DNA of 64,000 nt, taken from IMG/VR virus record IMGVR_UViG_3300045988_126619, positions 95,469 through 159,468 of that record. One strand, 5' to 3'. This document shows, piece after piece, positions 9,466 through 15,886 of this stretch. The notes under the pieces are model-generated. The model was not told where the DNA came from and ran no database searches. It was given only the letters and a program-made list of their open reading frames with translations. The stretch comes from a virus. The translations under genes were made by a program, and so were the position numbers. Each line of letters begins with the position of its first letter. Position 1 is the stretch's first letter.

Positions 9466-9525
9466 TTGACATAAAATAAATGATAAGCAAAAAGACTTGA
9501 CTTTTATGGTTAAGTCTTTTATAAT
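9466..9525 (+). promoter_or_regulatory. composite: TTGACA plus conserved element, then a hairpin-embedded second promoter
   Basis: TTGACATAAAATAAATGAT at 9466-9484 has no -10 at 17 nt. A second promoter has TTGACT at 9497-9502, a 17-nt spacer and TATAAT at 9520-9525. It overlaps the hairpin AAGACTT/AAGTCTT at 9492-9518. Confidence 0.55.
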
Positions 9526-9560
9526 ATAATTGTAAAATAAATGAAAGAGAGTGATAAAAT

Positions 9561-9869
9561 ATGTTAAAAGTAGTTATTAAAGAACCAAGCAAGAAACCTT
9601 ATGTAAAGGAGATAGAAGATGAATTGAGTGTCTACCAAGAGATTGTAGGAGGATATATAGAAGTATTTCCATTTAGTGATTGTTTGGCGATTTGCAATGA
9701 AGAAGGAAAGTTTAAGGATTTAGCACCTAATTTCCCTTTATATTCTGCTAGAACAGGGGAAATGGTTGACATGGTAGTTGGTACTGTAATCTTTATTAAT
9801 GAAGGTAAAGATGGTGATTTTGCTAGTCTGAATGATGAACAGGTAGAAAGAATATTAAAGAGTTTATAG
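9561..9869 (+). CDS. small protein resembling DUF3846
   Basis: 102 aa. The pattern VYQEIVGGYIEVFPF...ICNEEGK resembles DUF3846 proteins of plasmid and phage leading regions. This is a weak call from memory. Confidence 0.3.
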   Translation: MLKVVIKEPSKKPYVKEIEDELSVYQEIVGGYIEVFPFSDCLAICNEEGKFKDLAPNFPLYSARTGEMVDMVVGTVIFINEGKDGDFASLNDEQVERILKSL

Positions 9870-9880
9870 TAAAAATTTAT

Positions 9881-9915
9881 GTGTGGCTAGGTGTAAAAAC
9901 TTGGCTACACTATTT
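9881..9915 (+). terminator. imperfect hairpin plus short T tract
   Basis: GTGTGGCTAG pairs with TTGGCTACAC (with G-U pairs), followed by TATTT. It lies just after the stop of 9561-9869. Confidence 0.4.
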
Positions 9916-9933
9916 AAACAAAATAAATAATAG
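9910..9933 (+). repeat. 24-nt direct repeat, copy 1
   Basis: CTATTTAAACAAAATAAATAATAG, identical to 10225-10248. It contains a variant of the conserved element. Confidence 0.8.
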
Positions 9934-9968
9934 CCTTGAAAAATATAATTGTAGAGAGGTATATAAAA

Positions 9969-10232
9969 ATGAATAAACAAGAATTAATTAAAACATTAAC
10001 AAAAAGATACAAAGAATCCGAGGAATGTATAAATAAAATTTTAGATTATGAAATTAAATATTTAACTGATATAGGATATGGAGAAAATAAAAGAGAAGAA
10101 AGTTTTATATTAAATTATAAAGATATTAAGACAGAAATAACAAGAATACAATATTATGTTGTTGGACATATAAAAGAATGTTGGTATATTAAAACTATAA
10201 GGAAAAATAGTAAATTATATAAATCTATTTAA
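9969..10232 (+). CDS. hypothetical protein
   Basis: 87 aa from ATG 9969, with an AGAGAGG SD. It is preceded by the 24-nt repeat at 9910-9933. Confidence 0.4.
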   Translation: MNKQELIKTLTKRYKESEECINKILDYEIKYLTDIGYGENKREESFILNYKDIKTEITRIQYYVVGHIKECWYIKTIRKNSKLYKSI

Positions 10233-10248
10233 ACAAAATAAATAATAG
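10225..10248 (+). repeat. 24-nt direct repeat, copy 2
   Basis: Identical to 9910-9933. Each copy sits just 5' of an SD. Confidence 0.8.
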
Positions 10249-10259
10249 AGGTGAAAAAT

Positions 10260-10514
10260 ATGAGTTTTGAATGGAAATGTAAATGTGAAAAAACAATAAT
10301 TATACCTTTTGCGGATATTCCAACACTAATGAGTGGTTTTGCTTATTGCGTATGTGAAGACTGTTATAAGGAGTTATTGAAAGAAGAAAGAAGTTATTAT
10401 GCAACAGAAGAAGAATTTAAAGAGTGGACAAGGGAATTTAAGCAAAATAATGGATTACCTTACTTTATAACTCCAGATGGAGCGACATATGCTTGTGAAG
10501 TAAAGAAAGATTAA
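10260..10514 (+). CDS. hypothetical cysteine-rich small protein
   Basis: 84 aa from ATG 10260, with an AGAGGTG SD. It has the Cys pairs CKCEK and CVCEDC. It is preceded by the 24-nt repeat at 10225-10248. Confidence 0.4.
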   Translation: MSFEWKCKCEKTIIIPFADIPTLMSGFAYCVCEDCYKELLKEERSYYATEEEFKEWTREFKQNNGLPYFITPDGATYACEVKKD

Positions 10515-10550
10515 TTTAGCATGAAAAAGAAAATATTAGATGTTTATTAG

Positions 10551-10587
10551 AATAAGTCAAGCAAATAGCTTGGCTTATTTTTTATTT
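10551..10587 (+). terminator. intrinsic terminator
   Basis: A 12-bp stem AATAAGTCAAGC/GCTTGGCTTATT (one G-U pair), loop AAATA, then TTTTATTT. Confidence 0.7.
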
Positions 10588-10693
10588 CTAGGCATCAGAG
10601 CCTTTGTGTAAGAGGTTTTAATTGTGCTAAGGATAAATTAGTCTATGATTAATAATAACGTCTTATAATTGACGTATGGAGCAAATAAAACTA

Positions 10694-10722
10694 TTGACAC
10701 AAAATAAATGATATGATAAAAT
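10694..10722 (+). promoter_or_regulatory. sigma-A-type promoter with the conserved element as spacer; fires into non-coding DNA
   Basis: TTGACA at 10694-10699, spacer CAAAATAAATGATATGA, TAAAAT at 10717-10722. The next ORF start is more than 500 nt downstream. Confidence 0.6.
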
Positions 10723-10728
10723 AAATCT

Positions 10729-11140
10729 TGTAAAAGTTAATTAAGAAGATATGAGAACAAACTATCTTTAAAGACAATCCGTGGAAGCTGACACCACGTA
10801 TAAACAAGGCTGAACTGTAGGCAACGCAAGAAAAATACAGTAGGACAGATACATTACTCTATTTATGTTAATCTGCCCTTTAAGTGGGTACATATGTCCA
10901 CTATATAAATTATATGGGTGTTTCTAGGGAACTGGCAGAAATGCGGGATATAAGTCACATACAAACCTTTGTCGGGTAACAGTTGGCAATTGTAGACTTA
11001 TATACAAATAGAGATAGCATGAGCGATACAATTCAGTATACTCAACTATGTTTTTCTTTTTACTCTCAATTTTGAGGGTAAAACATAAACACTTCGCAAC
11101 GTTTCCACAGTTCCTCAACTATACTTTTCTTAATTCAAAA
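10729..11140 (+). ncRNA. candidate structured non-coding RNA, class unknown
   Basis: About 0.4 kb lies downstream of the promoter at 10694-10722 with no plus-strand ORF. G+C is visibly higher than in flanking DNA. There are several local stems (CGTGG/CCACG at 10790-10808, ACTGTA/TACAGT at 10813-10841, GGACAGAT/ATCTGCC at 10843-10876). Class and 3' end are undetermined. Confidence 0.35.
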
Positions 11141-11154
11141 GTCAAGTGTTTTTA

Positions 11155-11169
11155 CATAAAATAAATAAT
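11155..11169 (+). promoter_or_regulatory. conserved element, stand-alone copy
   Basis: CATAAAATAAATAAT, 7 nt upstream of the -35 of promoter 11176-11204. Confidence 0.5.
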
Positions 11170-11175
11170 AAAGTG

Positions 11176-11204
11176 TTGACAATATTTAAAATGTATTATA
11201 TAAT
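11176..11204 (+). promoter_or_regulatory. sigma-A-type promoter (conserved element lies upstream at 11155-11169)
   Basis: TTGACA at 11176-11181, 17-nt spacer, TATAAT at 11199-11204. Confidence 0.65.
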
Positions 11205-11246
11205 AATAGTATAGTAAATAAGATAAATGATAAGGAGAGAGGTAAC

Positions 11247-11870
11247 ATGACAAAATTAGAAAAAGATATTATAAAAGAAAAACTTAAAGGATTAGAAGAA
11301 GGAACAAAGATATATGTAAAAGATGGTGATGGAATAGTACAAGAAGCAAAGTTTGAGAAAATGAATAGAACAAGATTTGTAGCCAAGTATAAGAATGGAA
11401 CTTATTCATTCCCACTAAGCTTTTTTATAGGAACTTGTGATGATAGTATAAAGGCTAAAGAAATCATAAATGAACAAAAGAATAAATATAAGAAATTTAA
11501 CTTTATTAAAAAGAATCTTAATATTAAGGGACTTAATACAACAGATTGTGCTGTTAGAGGTGTGGCAGAATTATTAAATATATCATGGGAAGATGCTATG
11601 ATTAGATTAGCACAAACGTCTTGTATTACTGGTGAAATGCCTAACGATATAAGAACAACTGATATGTTATTAGAAAAAGAAGGGTTCAAACATATTAAAA
11701 TTAAAAAGATGAAAGTTATTGATTTTGTAGAGAATATAGCAGAGAAGGATAAAAAATATGCAATTCATGCTAGTGGACACTTTACAGTAGTTAAAGGATA
11801 TGACTTAATAGATTCATGGGATTGTAGAAATAATATGATAAAGTCAGTATTAGAAATGGAGGATAAATAA
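11247..11870 (+). CDS. protein with C-terminal papain-like (C39-like) peptidase domain
   Basis: 207 aa. NTTDCAVRG (Cys) followed by HASGHFTVVKGYDLIDSWD (His, Asp) resembles Peptidase_C39-like domains. AAGGAGAGAGG SD. Confidence 0.35.
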   Translation: MTKLEKDIIKEKLKGLEEGTKIYVKDGDGIVQEAKFEKMNRTRFVAKYKNGTYSFPLSFFIGTCDDSIKAKEIINEQKNKYKKFNFIKKNLNIKGLNTTDCAVRGVAELLNISWEDAMIRLAQTSCITGEMPNDIRTTDMLLEKEGFKHIKIKKMKVIDFVENIAEKDKKYAIHASGHFTVVKGYDLIDSWDCRNNMIKSVLEMEDK

Positions 11871-11871
11871 G

Positions 11872-12300
11872 ATGAAGAAAGAAACTAGGATAGAAATAAG
11901 AGAAATACCATATAATGTTTATGTTGCAGAAGATGGTACAGAATTTGATTATGAACAAGCATGTAAAGAGTATGAATTAAAGTTAAAAGGAGTTAAATTT
12001 AAAAATTTATCAGATTTCCAAAGTATTAATAATTTAAATTTTTTAGATTGTTATAAATGGTATTATGTGGAAGATAAAGATGATTTAGAATTATTCACGC
12101 AAGCATTAAAAAAACAATATTATAATTGTAGTATATATATGGAGTACGATGATGAATACTATTGTAACACATGGGTATCATTTAGAAAAACAGAAGATGA
12201 TTATGGAACAGATGTAGAAATAATACCATATAAGATTATTGAAGAACAATTTAATAATGTTAAAAATGTTTTAAGTCAAAATAATATTGACAAAAAATAA
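11872..12300 (+). CDS. hypothetical protein
   Basis: 142 aa with a GGAGGA SD. No motif recognised. Confidence 0.45.
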   Translation: MKKETRIEIREIPYNVYVAEDGTEFDYEQACKEYELKLKGVKFKNLSDFQSINNLNFLDCYKWYYVEDKDDLELFTQALKKQYYNCSIYMEYDDEYYCNTWVSFRKTEDDYGTDVEIIPYKIIEEQFNNVKNVLSQNNIDKK

Positions 12301-12315
12301 AATATATTATATAAT
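12287..12315 (+). promoter_or_regulatory. sigma-A-type promoter (conserved element lies downstream at 12331-12345)
   Basis: TTGACA at 12287-12292, 17-nt spacer, TATAAT at 12310-12315. Confidence 0.65.
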
Positions 12316-12330
12316 ATTAAATATAGAAAA

Positions 12331-12345
12331 CATAAAATAAACAAT
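12331..12345 (+). promoter_or_regulatory. conserved element, stand-alone copy
   Basis: CATAAAATAAACAAT, 16 nt after the -10 of promoter 12287-12315. It is immediately followed by the SD AAAGGAGAAG of the RNase H gene. Confidence 0.5.
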
Positions 12346-12359
12346 AAAGGAGAAGTGTT

Positions 12360-12965
12360 ATGGCAAAATATTATGCGATTAAATCAATTGATGGAGAATT
12401 AGTAAATAAGATTTATACAAGTTGGGATGAATGTAAAGAAAAGGTTAGTGGACATAACTCAATTTATAAATCATTTAAAACACAAGAACAGGCAGAAGAA
12501 TATTTAGGAAACGCACAAGAAGAAATTAAAGAGCATGAAATAAATGATAATAATGTAATATATTATGTTGATGGTTCTTATATGAATGATGTAATAGGTT
12601 GGGGTTGGGTAAAAGTAAAGAATGGTAAACAGATAGGTTCTGATTGTGGAGGTATTAAACCAACACAAGAAAATAGTCGTAATATAACAGGAGAATTACA
12701 AGCAACTATGTTTGCAGTAAAGAACGCAATATTAACTGGTGTGAAAGATATTTACATTGGACATGATTATCAAGGAATAAGTTGTTATGTAAGAAAAGAA
12801 TGGAAACCAAAAAGTAAAGAATCAGTAGCTTATACTAAATGGATGTTAGATGCTATAAAAAAATATAATTTAAATATTCAATTTTTTAAGATAAAAGGGC
12901 ATACTGGTAATGAATGGAATGAAGTAGTAGATAAAGTTGCTAAATTAGGGACAGAGGTGATTTAA
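12360..12965 (+). CDS. RNase H1 with N-terminal hybrid-binding domain
   Basis: 201 aa. The N-terminal YYAIKSIDG...IYTSWDECKEKVSGHNSIYKSFKT matches the RNase H1/caulimovirus hybrid-binding domain. The C-terminal catalytic motifs are YYVDGSY, TGELQA, HDYQG and HTGNEWNEVVDKVAK. Confidence 0.7.
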   Translation: MAKYYAIKSIDGELVNKIYTSWDECKEKVSGHNSIYKSFKTQEQAEEYLGNAQEEIKEHEINDNNVIYYVDGSYMNDVIGWGWVKVKNGKQIGSDCGGIKPTQENSRNITGELQATMFAVKNAILTGVKDIYIGHDYQGISCYVRKEWKPKSKESVAYTKWMLDAIKKYNLNIQFFKIKGHTGNEWNEVVDKVAKLGTEVI

Positions 12966-13255
12966 TGTATAATTTAATTTCTATATCAATATCTATTGCA
13001 TTAGTAATATATATCATATGTTGTGTAGTATTGTGTTTTTATTTTTCAGAATTACTGGATAAACATAAGTTAAATATAAAAGATGCAATAAAAGATTTAA
13101 CAATATTTGATATAATATTAGCGATTGTGTTTTGGGTTACTACAGTAGCTACTATTATAGTATTTATTATAGCAAAAATAATAGATAAAATTACAAAAGT
13201 TAAACTTTGGAATATGTTAAAGAAGAAGCCATTTAAAAATATTGGTGATAAATAA
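12965..13255 (+). CDS. membrane protein
   Basis: 96 aa with two hydrophobic helices. Its start overlaps the upstream stop (TAATG). Confidence 0.45.
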   Translation: MYNLISISISIALVIYIICCVVLCFYFSELLDKHKLNIKDAIKDLTIFDIILAIVFWVTTVATIIVFIIAKIIDKITKVKLWNMLKKKPFKNIGDK

Positions 13256-13277
13256 ATTATATTACAGAGGTGATTTA

Positions 13278-13622
13278 ATGAAAAAGGTAAGAATTAAGGA
13301 AAGAAAAATTTGTACAGAAGGTCATGAAAATATTTTAAAATTTATTAATGAAATGTATTATATACGAGAAATTAATAAAGAGAATCCAGATATGTTTGAA
13401 TTTATACTTGATAATTGTAGAGCATTTTATAAAGACATTACAAATAGTTTTAGAGAACATTTAGGAATTAACAATATTATATCATTAGGTATAGCAACAC
13501 ATAAAAAGACTGGAAAAGAAGTATTGTGTATTAATATTTGGGATTGTGATATTGATAAAGAAGATACAACACGTTGGTATACAATAGAAGAAGATGAAGA
13601 AGGTGTGTATATTAATGTGTAA
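13278..13622 (+). CDS. hypothetical protein
   Basis: 114 aa from ATG 13278, with an AGAGGTG SD. I did not adopt the track's upstream extension. Confidence 0.4.
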   Translation: MKKVRIKERKICTEGHENILKFINEMYYIREINKENPDMFEFILDNCRAFYKDITNSFREHLGINNIISLGIATHKKTGKEVLCINIWDCDIDKEDTTRWYTIEEDEEGVYINV

Positions 13623-13679
13623 AAAATAATATCTTAGAAATATAAAAAAATATAAATTGAATATTAGGAGGAATTTATA

Positions 13680-13853
13680 ATGAAAGAACAAGAATATTTT
13701 GAAAAGTACAAACAATTAAACACTCTTAGAATGAAAGCAGAAAAAGAAGAACCAAACAAATATATAGCGTATGGGTTTGAACAAGCTTTAATTAAATTAC
13801 AGAAAGATTATCAAGAATCATTAGTAGAAGTTGGTGAGGATAATGTTGAATAG
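13680..13853 (+). CDS. hypothetical small protein (below track cutoff)
   Basis: 57-aa ORF MKEQEYFEKY...VGEDNVE, with AGGAGG 7 nt upstream. It fills an otherwise empty gap. Confidence 0.35.
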   Translation: MKEQEYFEKYKQLNTLRMKAEKEEPNKYIAYGFEQALIKLQKDYQESLVEVGEDNVE

Positions 13854-14115
13854 TTTATTAAATGTTGGGGTATCTATAGTGTTTGTGTTCTTATATATAC
13901 TTTTAATAAGAGTGTTTATCAGAATATATACAATATATGATGATACAGCACCAAAACTGGATAAGAATAAATTTTTCTATGGACTTGGTTTTGATGATTT
14001 AATAACTTATATTGGTGCATTTACAATGGGTATATTAATTATTGCATTGTTATTTACTGTATCTGATATGTTTGGAGGATTTTTATTAAATATGATTAAA
14101 GGGGTGATTAAATAA
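13843..14115 (+). CDS. membrane protein, paralog of 14115-14375
   Basis: Starts at ATG 13843 after GGTGAGGA. It shares the ...YD.T..KLD.NKFF.GL... core between two TM helices with the next gene. Confidence 0.45.
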   Translation: MLNSLLNVGVSIVFVFLYILLIRVFIRIYTIYDDTAPKLDKNKFFYGLGFDDLITYIGAFTMGILIIALLFTVSDMFGGFLLNMIKGVIK

Positions 14116-14375
14116 TGTATAATTATGTGTTTACTCCAATGGTAGGGTTAATAACACTTGGAATATTATTTTTAATATTTAGACAAATATGTTTTATAAT
14201 TGCAAAATATGATAAAACTGTTCATAAATTAGATGATAATAAATTTTTTAAAGGGTTAGATGCAGAATATATATTTGGATGCCTTATTGTAACTGTTGTT
14301 GGAATAGCTGTGTTATTATTAATTTATGTAATATTAGTTGTTATAGGAAATGTTGTTATTAACACATTATTTTAA
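14115..14375 (+). CDS. membrane protein, paralog of 13843-14115
   Basis: 86 aa with a TAATG stop/start overlap. It has the KYDKTVHKLDDNKFFKGLD core between two TM helices. Confidence 0.45.
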   Translation: MYNYVFTPMVGLITLGILFLIFRQICFIIAKYDKTVHKLDDNKFFKGLDAEYIFGCLIVTVVGIAVLLLIYVILVVIGNVVINTLF

Positions 14376-14384
14376 AAAAATATA

Positions 14385-14413
14385 TTGACAAGACATAAAA
14401 TAAATGATATACT
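14385..14413 (+). promoter_or_regulatory. sigma-A-type promoter, element shifted +3
   Basis: TTGACA at 14385-14390, spacer AGACATAAAATAAATGA, TATACT at 14408-14413. Confidence 0.6.
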
Positions 14414-14445
14414 TAGTATATAGTAAATACTAAGTATATTTTTTT
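14409..14445 (+). terminator. intrinsic terminator overlapping the promoter 14385-14413
   Basis: A perfect 11-bp stem ATACTTAGTAT/ATACTAAGTAT, a 7-nt loop, then A plus T7. The 5' arm begins at the -10 hexamer. Confidence 0.6.
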
Positions 14446-14458
14446 AGGAGGAATGTTT

Positions 14459-14800
14459 ATGAATAAAAATGTATTAACAGAGAGAGATTTGATGCTTATT
14501 AAAGAATGGTATTTTAATTATGTTCATGATGGAAAAGATACAGAAGAATCGGAAGCACTATACTACAAGATAGATTCAATGTTAGATAATAAGTTTAAGG
14601 ATGGAACTAACTTACAAGTATTTTGGTATGATGGTGATATTACAAACTATGTTTATAATAAAAATACACAAATGTTTGTAAATGCTGAAACAGGAAGTGT
14701 TTTTACTAGTGTAATAATTGATTGTAAATATGATTTAGAAAAATTTGTACAACAGGCTGACTTGATTAAAGATATAAAAATTATTGATGGAGGAATGTAA
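14459..14800 (+). CDS. hypothetical protein, paralog of 14803-15051
   Basis: Starts at ATG 14459, 7 nt after AGGAGG. The C-terminal half (LQVFWYDGDITNYVYNKNTQMF) aligns with the next ORF (LKVVWFDDTTSEYNYDSNKQLF). Confidence 0.45.
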   Translation: MNKNVLTERDLMLIKEWYFNYVHDGKDTEESEALYYKIDSMLDNKFKDGTNLQVFWYDGDITNYVYNKNTQMFVNAETGSVFTSVIIDCKYDLEKFVQQADLIKDIKIIDGGM

Positions 14801-14802
14801 AA

Positions 14803-15051
14803 ATGGATATTAAACATGGAGCAGTTTTAAAAGTTGTTTGGTTCGATGATACTACATCAGAATATAATTATGATTCAAATAAACAATTATTTATTAAGAC
14901 AGGTGTAGATAGGGCAATTTATTTTACTAAAACTAAAATATTCACAATAGAAGAACTAGAGGATTTTATAGAGCGTATTGATGATGATGAAATTAAAAAT
15001 ATTAGAGGTTATGTTCCAACAGTAATCAGTCATATAATTTTAAATGATTAG
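14803..15051 (+). CDS. hypothetical protein, paralog of 14459-14800
   Basis: 82 aa with a GGAGGA SD. See the paralog alignment in the previous entry. Confidence 0.45.
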   Translation: MDIKHGAVLKVVWFDDTTSEYNYDSNKQLFIKTGVDRAIYFTKTKIFTIEELEDFIERIDDDEIKNIRGYVPTVISHIILND

Positions 15052-15062
15052 GAGTGTGAAAT

Positions 15063-15473
15063 ATGAATATATATAGAACAATTAATACACAAGCAGAAAG
15101 ATTATACAGTCAATATAAGGAACATGGTAATATAATTATAGCATATGATTTTGATGATACAGTTTATGGACACAATGGAAATAATTGTGATGATGTAATA
15201 AGAGTTCTTAGATGTTGTAAGCAAGCAAATATAGGTAGATTTATTTGTTATACTGCAAGTAAAGAAGAACGATATCCGTTTATAGAGCAGTATTGTAAAG
15301 ATATGAATTTACCATTGGATAAAATAAATGATGGTTTTGATGATGTTAACCACGTTAACGGTGGAAAGATTTATTATAATATATTTTTAGATGATAAAGC
15401 AGGTTTAGGACAAGCACTTGAAACATTACAGATTGTATTAAATAGGATTATAGATAATACAGATGCTTTTTAA
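15063..15473 (+). CDS. HAD-superfamily phosphatase (possible 5'-nucleotidase)
   Basis: 136 aa. It has the motif I IIIAYDFDDTVYG (DxDxT/V) and a late FLDDK aspartate motif. Confidence 0.45.
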   Translation: MNIYRTINTQAERLYSQYKEHGNIIIAYDFDDTVYGHNGNNCDDVIRVLRCCKQANIGRFICYTASKEERYPFIEQYCKDMNLPLDKINDGFDDVNHVNGGKIYYNIFLDDKAGLGQALETLQIVLNRIIDNTDAF

Positions 15474-15486
15474 GGAGATGATAAAC

Positions 15487-15861
15487 ATGATAGAGATGGA
15501 AGAAATTAATAATATATCATATGAAACTTGTTTGTGTATATTGCGTAATCCAAACATAAGTAAAGACGTTAAGTTATATCAAGTATTAGATATGGTTGAA
15601 CAGGGGATGGTGTCAGTAAGAACAGCTTTGTTGTTGTTATATAAGTATAAAGTAATAACACAAACTTATGCAGAAATAGAATCAGAGCATAACAAGAATT
15701 ATTTGAAATATTATCAAATGTTAAATAAGACTTCAAGAACGTGTCAGAAATGTGGAGAAACAAAGTCATATACATTAGATATTGAAAGAAGGGATGTACC
15801 ATACAATATATTATGTGAAGAATGTTGGGTTGAGTATATGAACGATAATGATTTAGCATAA
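15487..15861 (+). CDS. hypothetical protein with C-terminal Cys4 motif
   Basis: Starts at ATG 15487, 9 nt after AAGGAG. It contains CQKCGE...CEECW. The stop lies inside the conserved element at 15857-15871. Confidence 0.4.
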   Translation: MIEMEEINNISYETCLCILRNPNISKDVKLYQVLDMVEQGMVSVRTALLLLYKYKVITQTYAEIESEHNKNYLKYYQMLNKTSRTCQKCGETKSYTLDIERRDVPYNILCEECWVEYMNDNDLA

Positions 15862-15871
15862 AATAAATGAT
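15857..15871 (+). promoter_or_regulatory. conserved element, stand-alone copy (no -35)
   Basis: CATAAAATAAATGAT directly followed by AGGAGAGG and the Pnkp start. It contains the upstream stop codon. Confidence 0.5.
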
Positions 15872-15886
15872 AGGAGAGGTAAAGAT

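Noticed and set aside
10924-11118. A 64-aa minus-strand ORF, the only ORF in the track within the 10.5-11.2 kb gap.
   Set aside because: It has no SD. It is on the opposite strand to every neighbouring gene and to the promoter at 10694. The peptide looks random and Cys/Leu-rich. I treat the region as non-coding.
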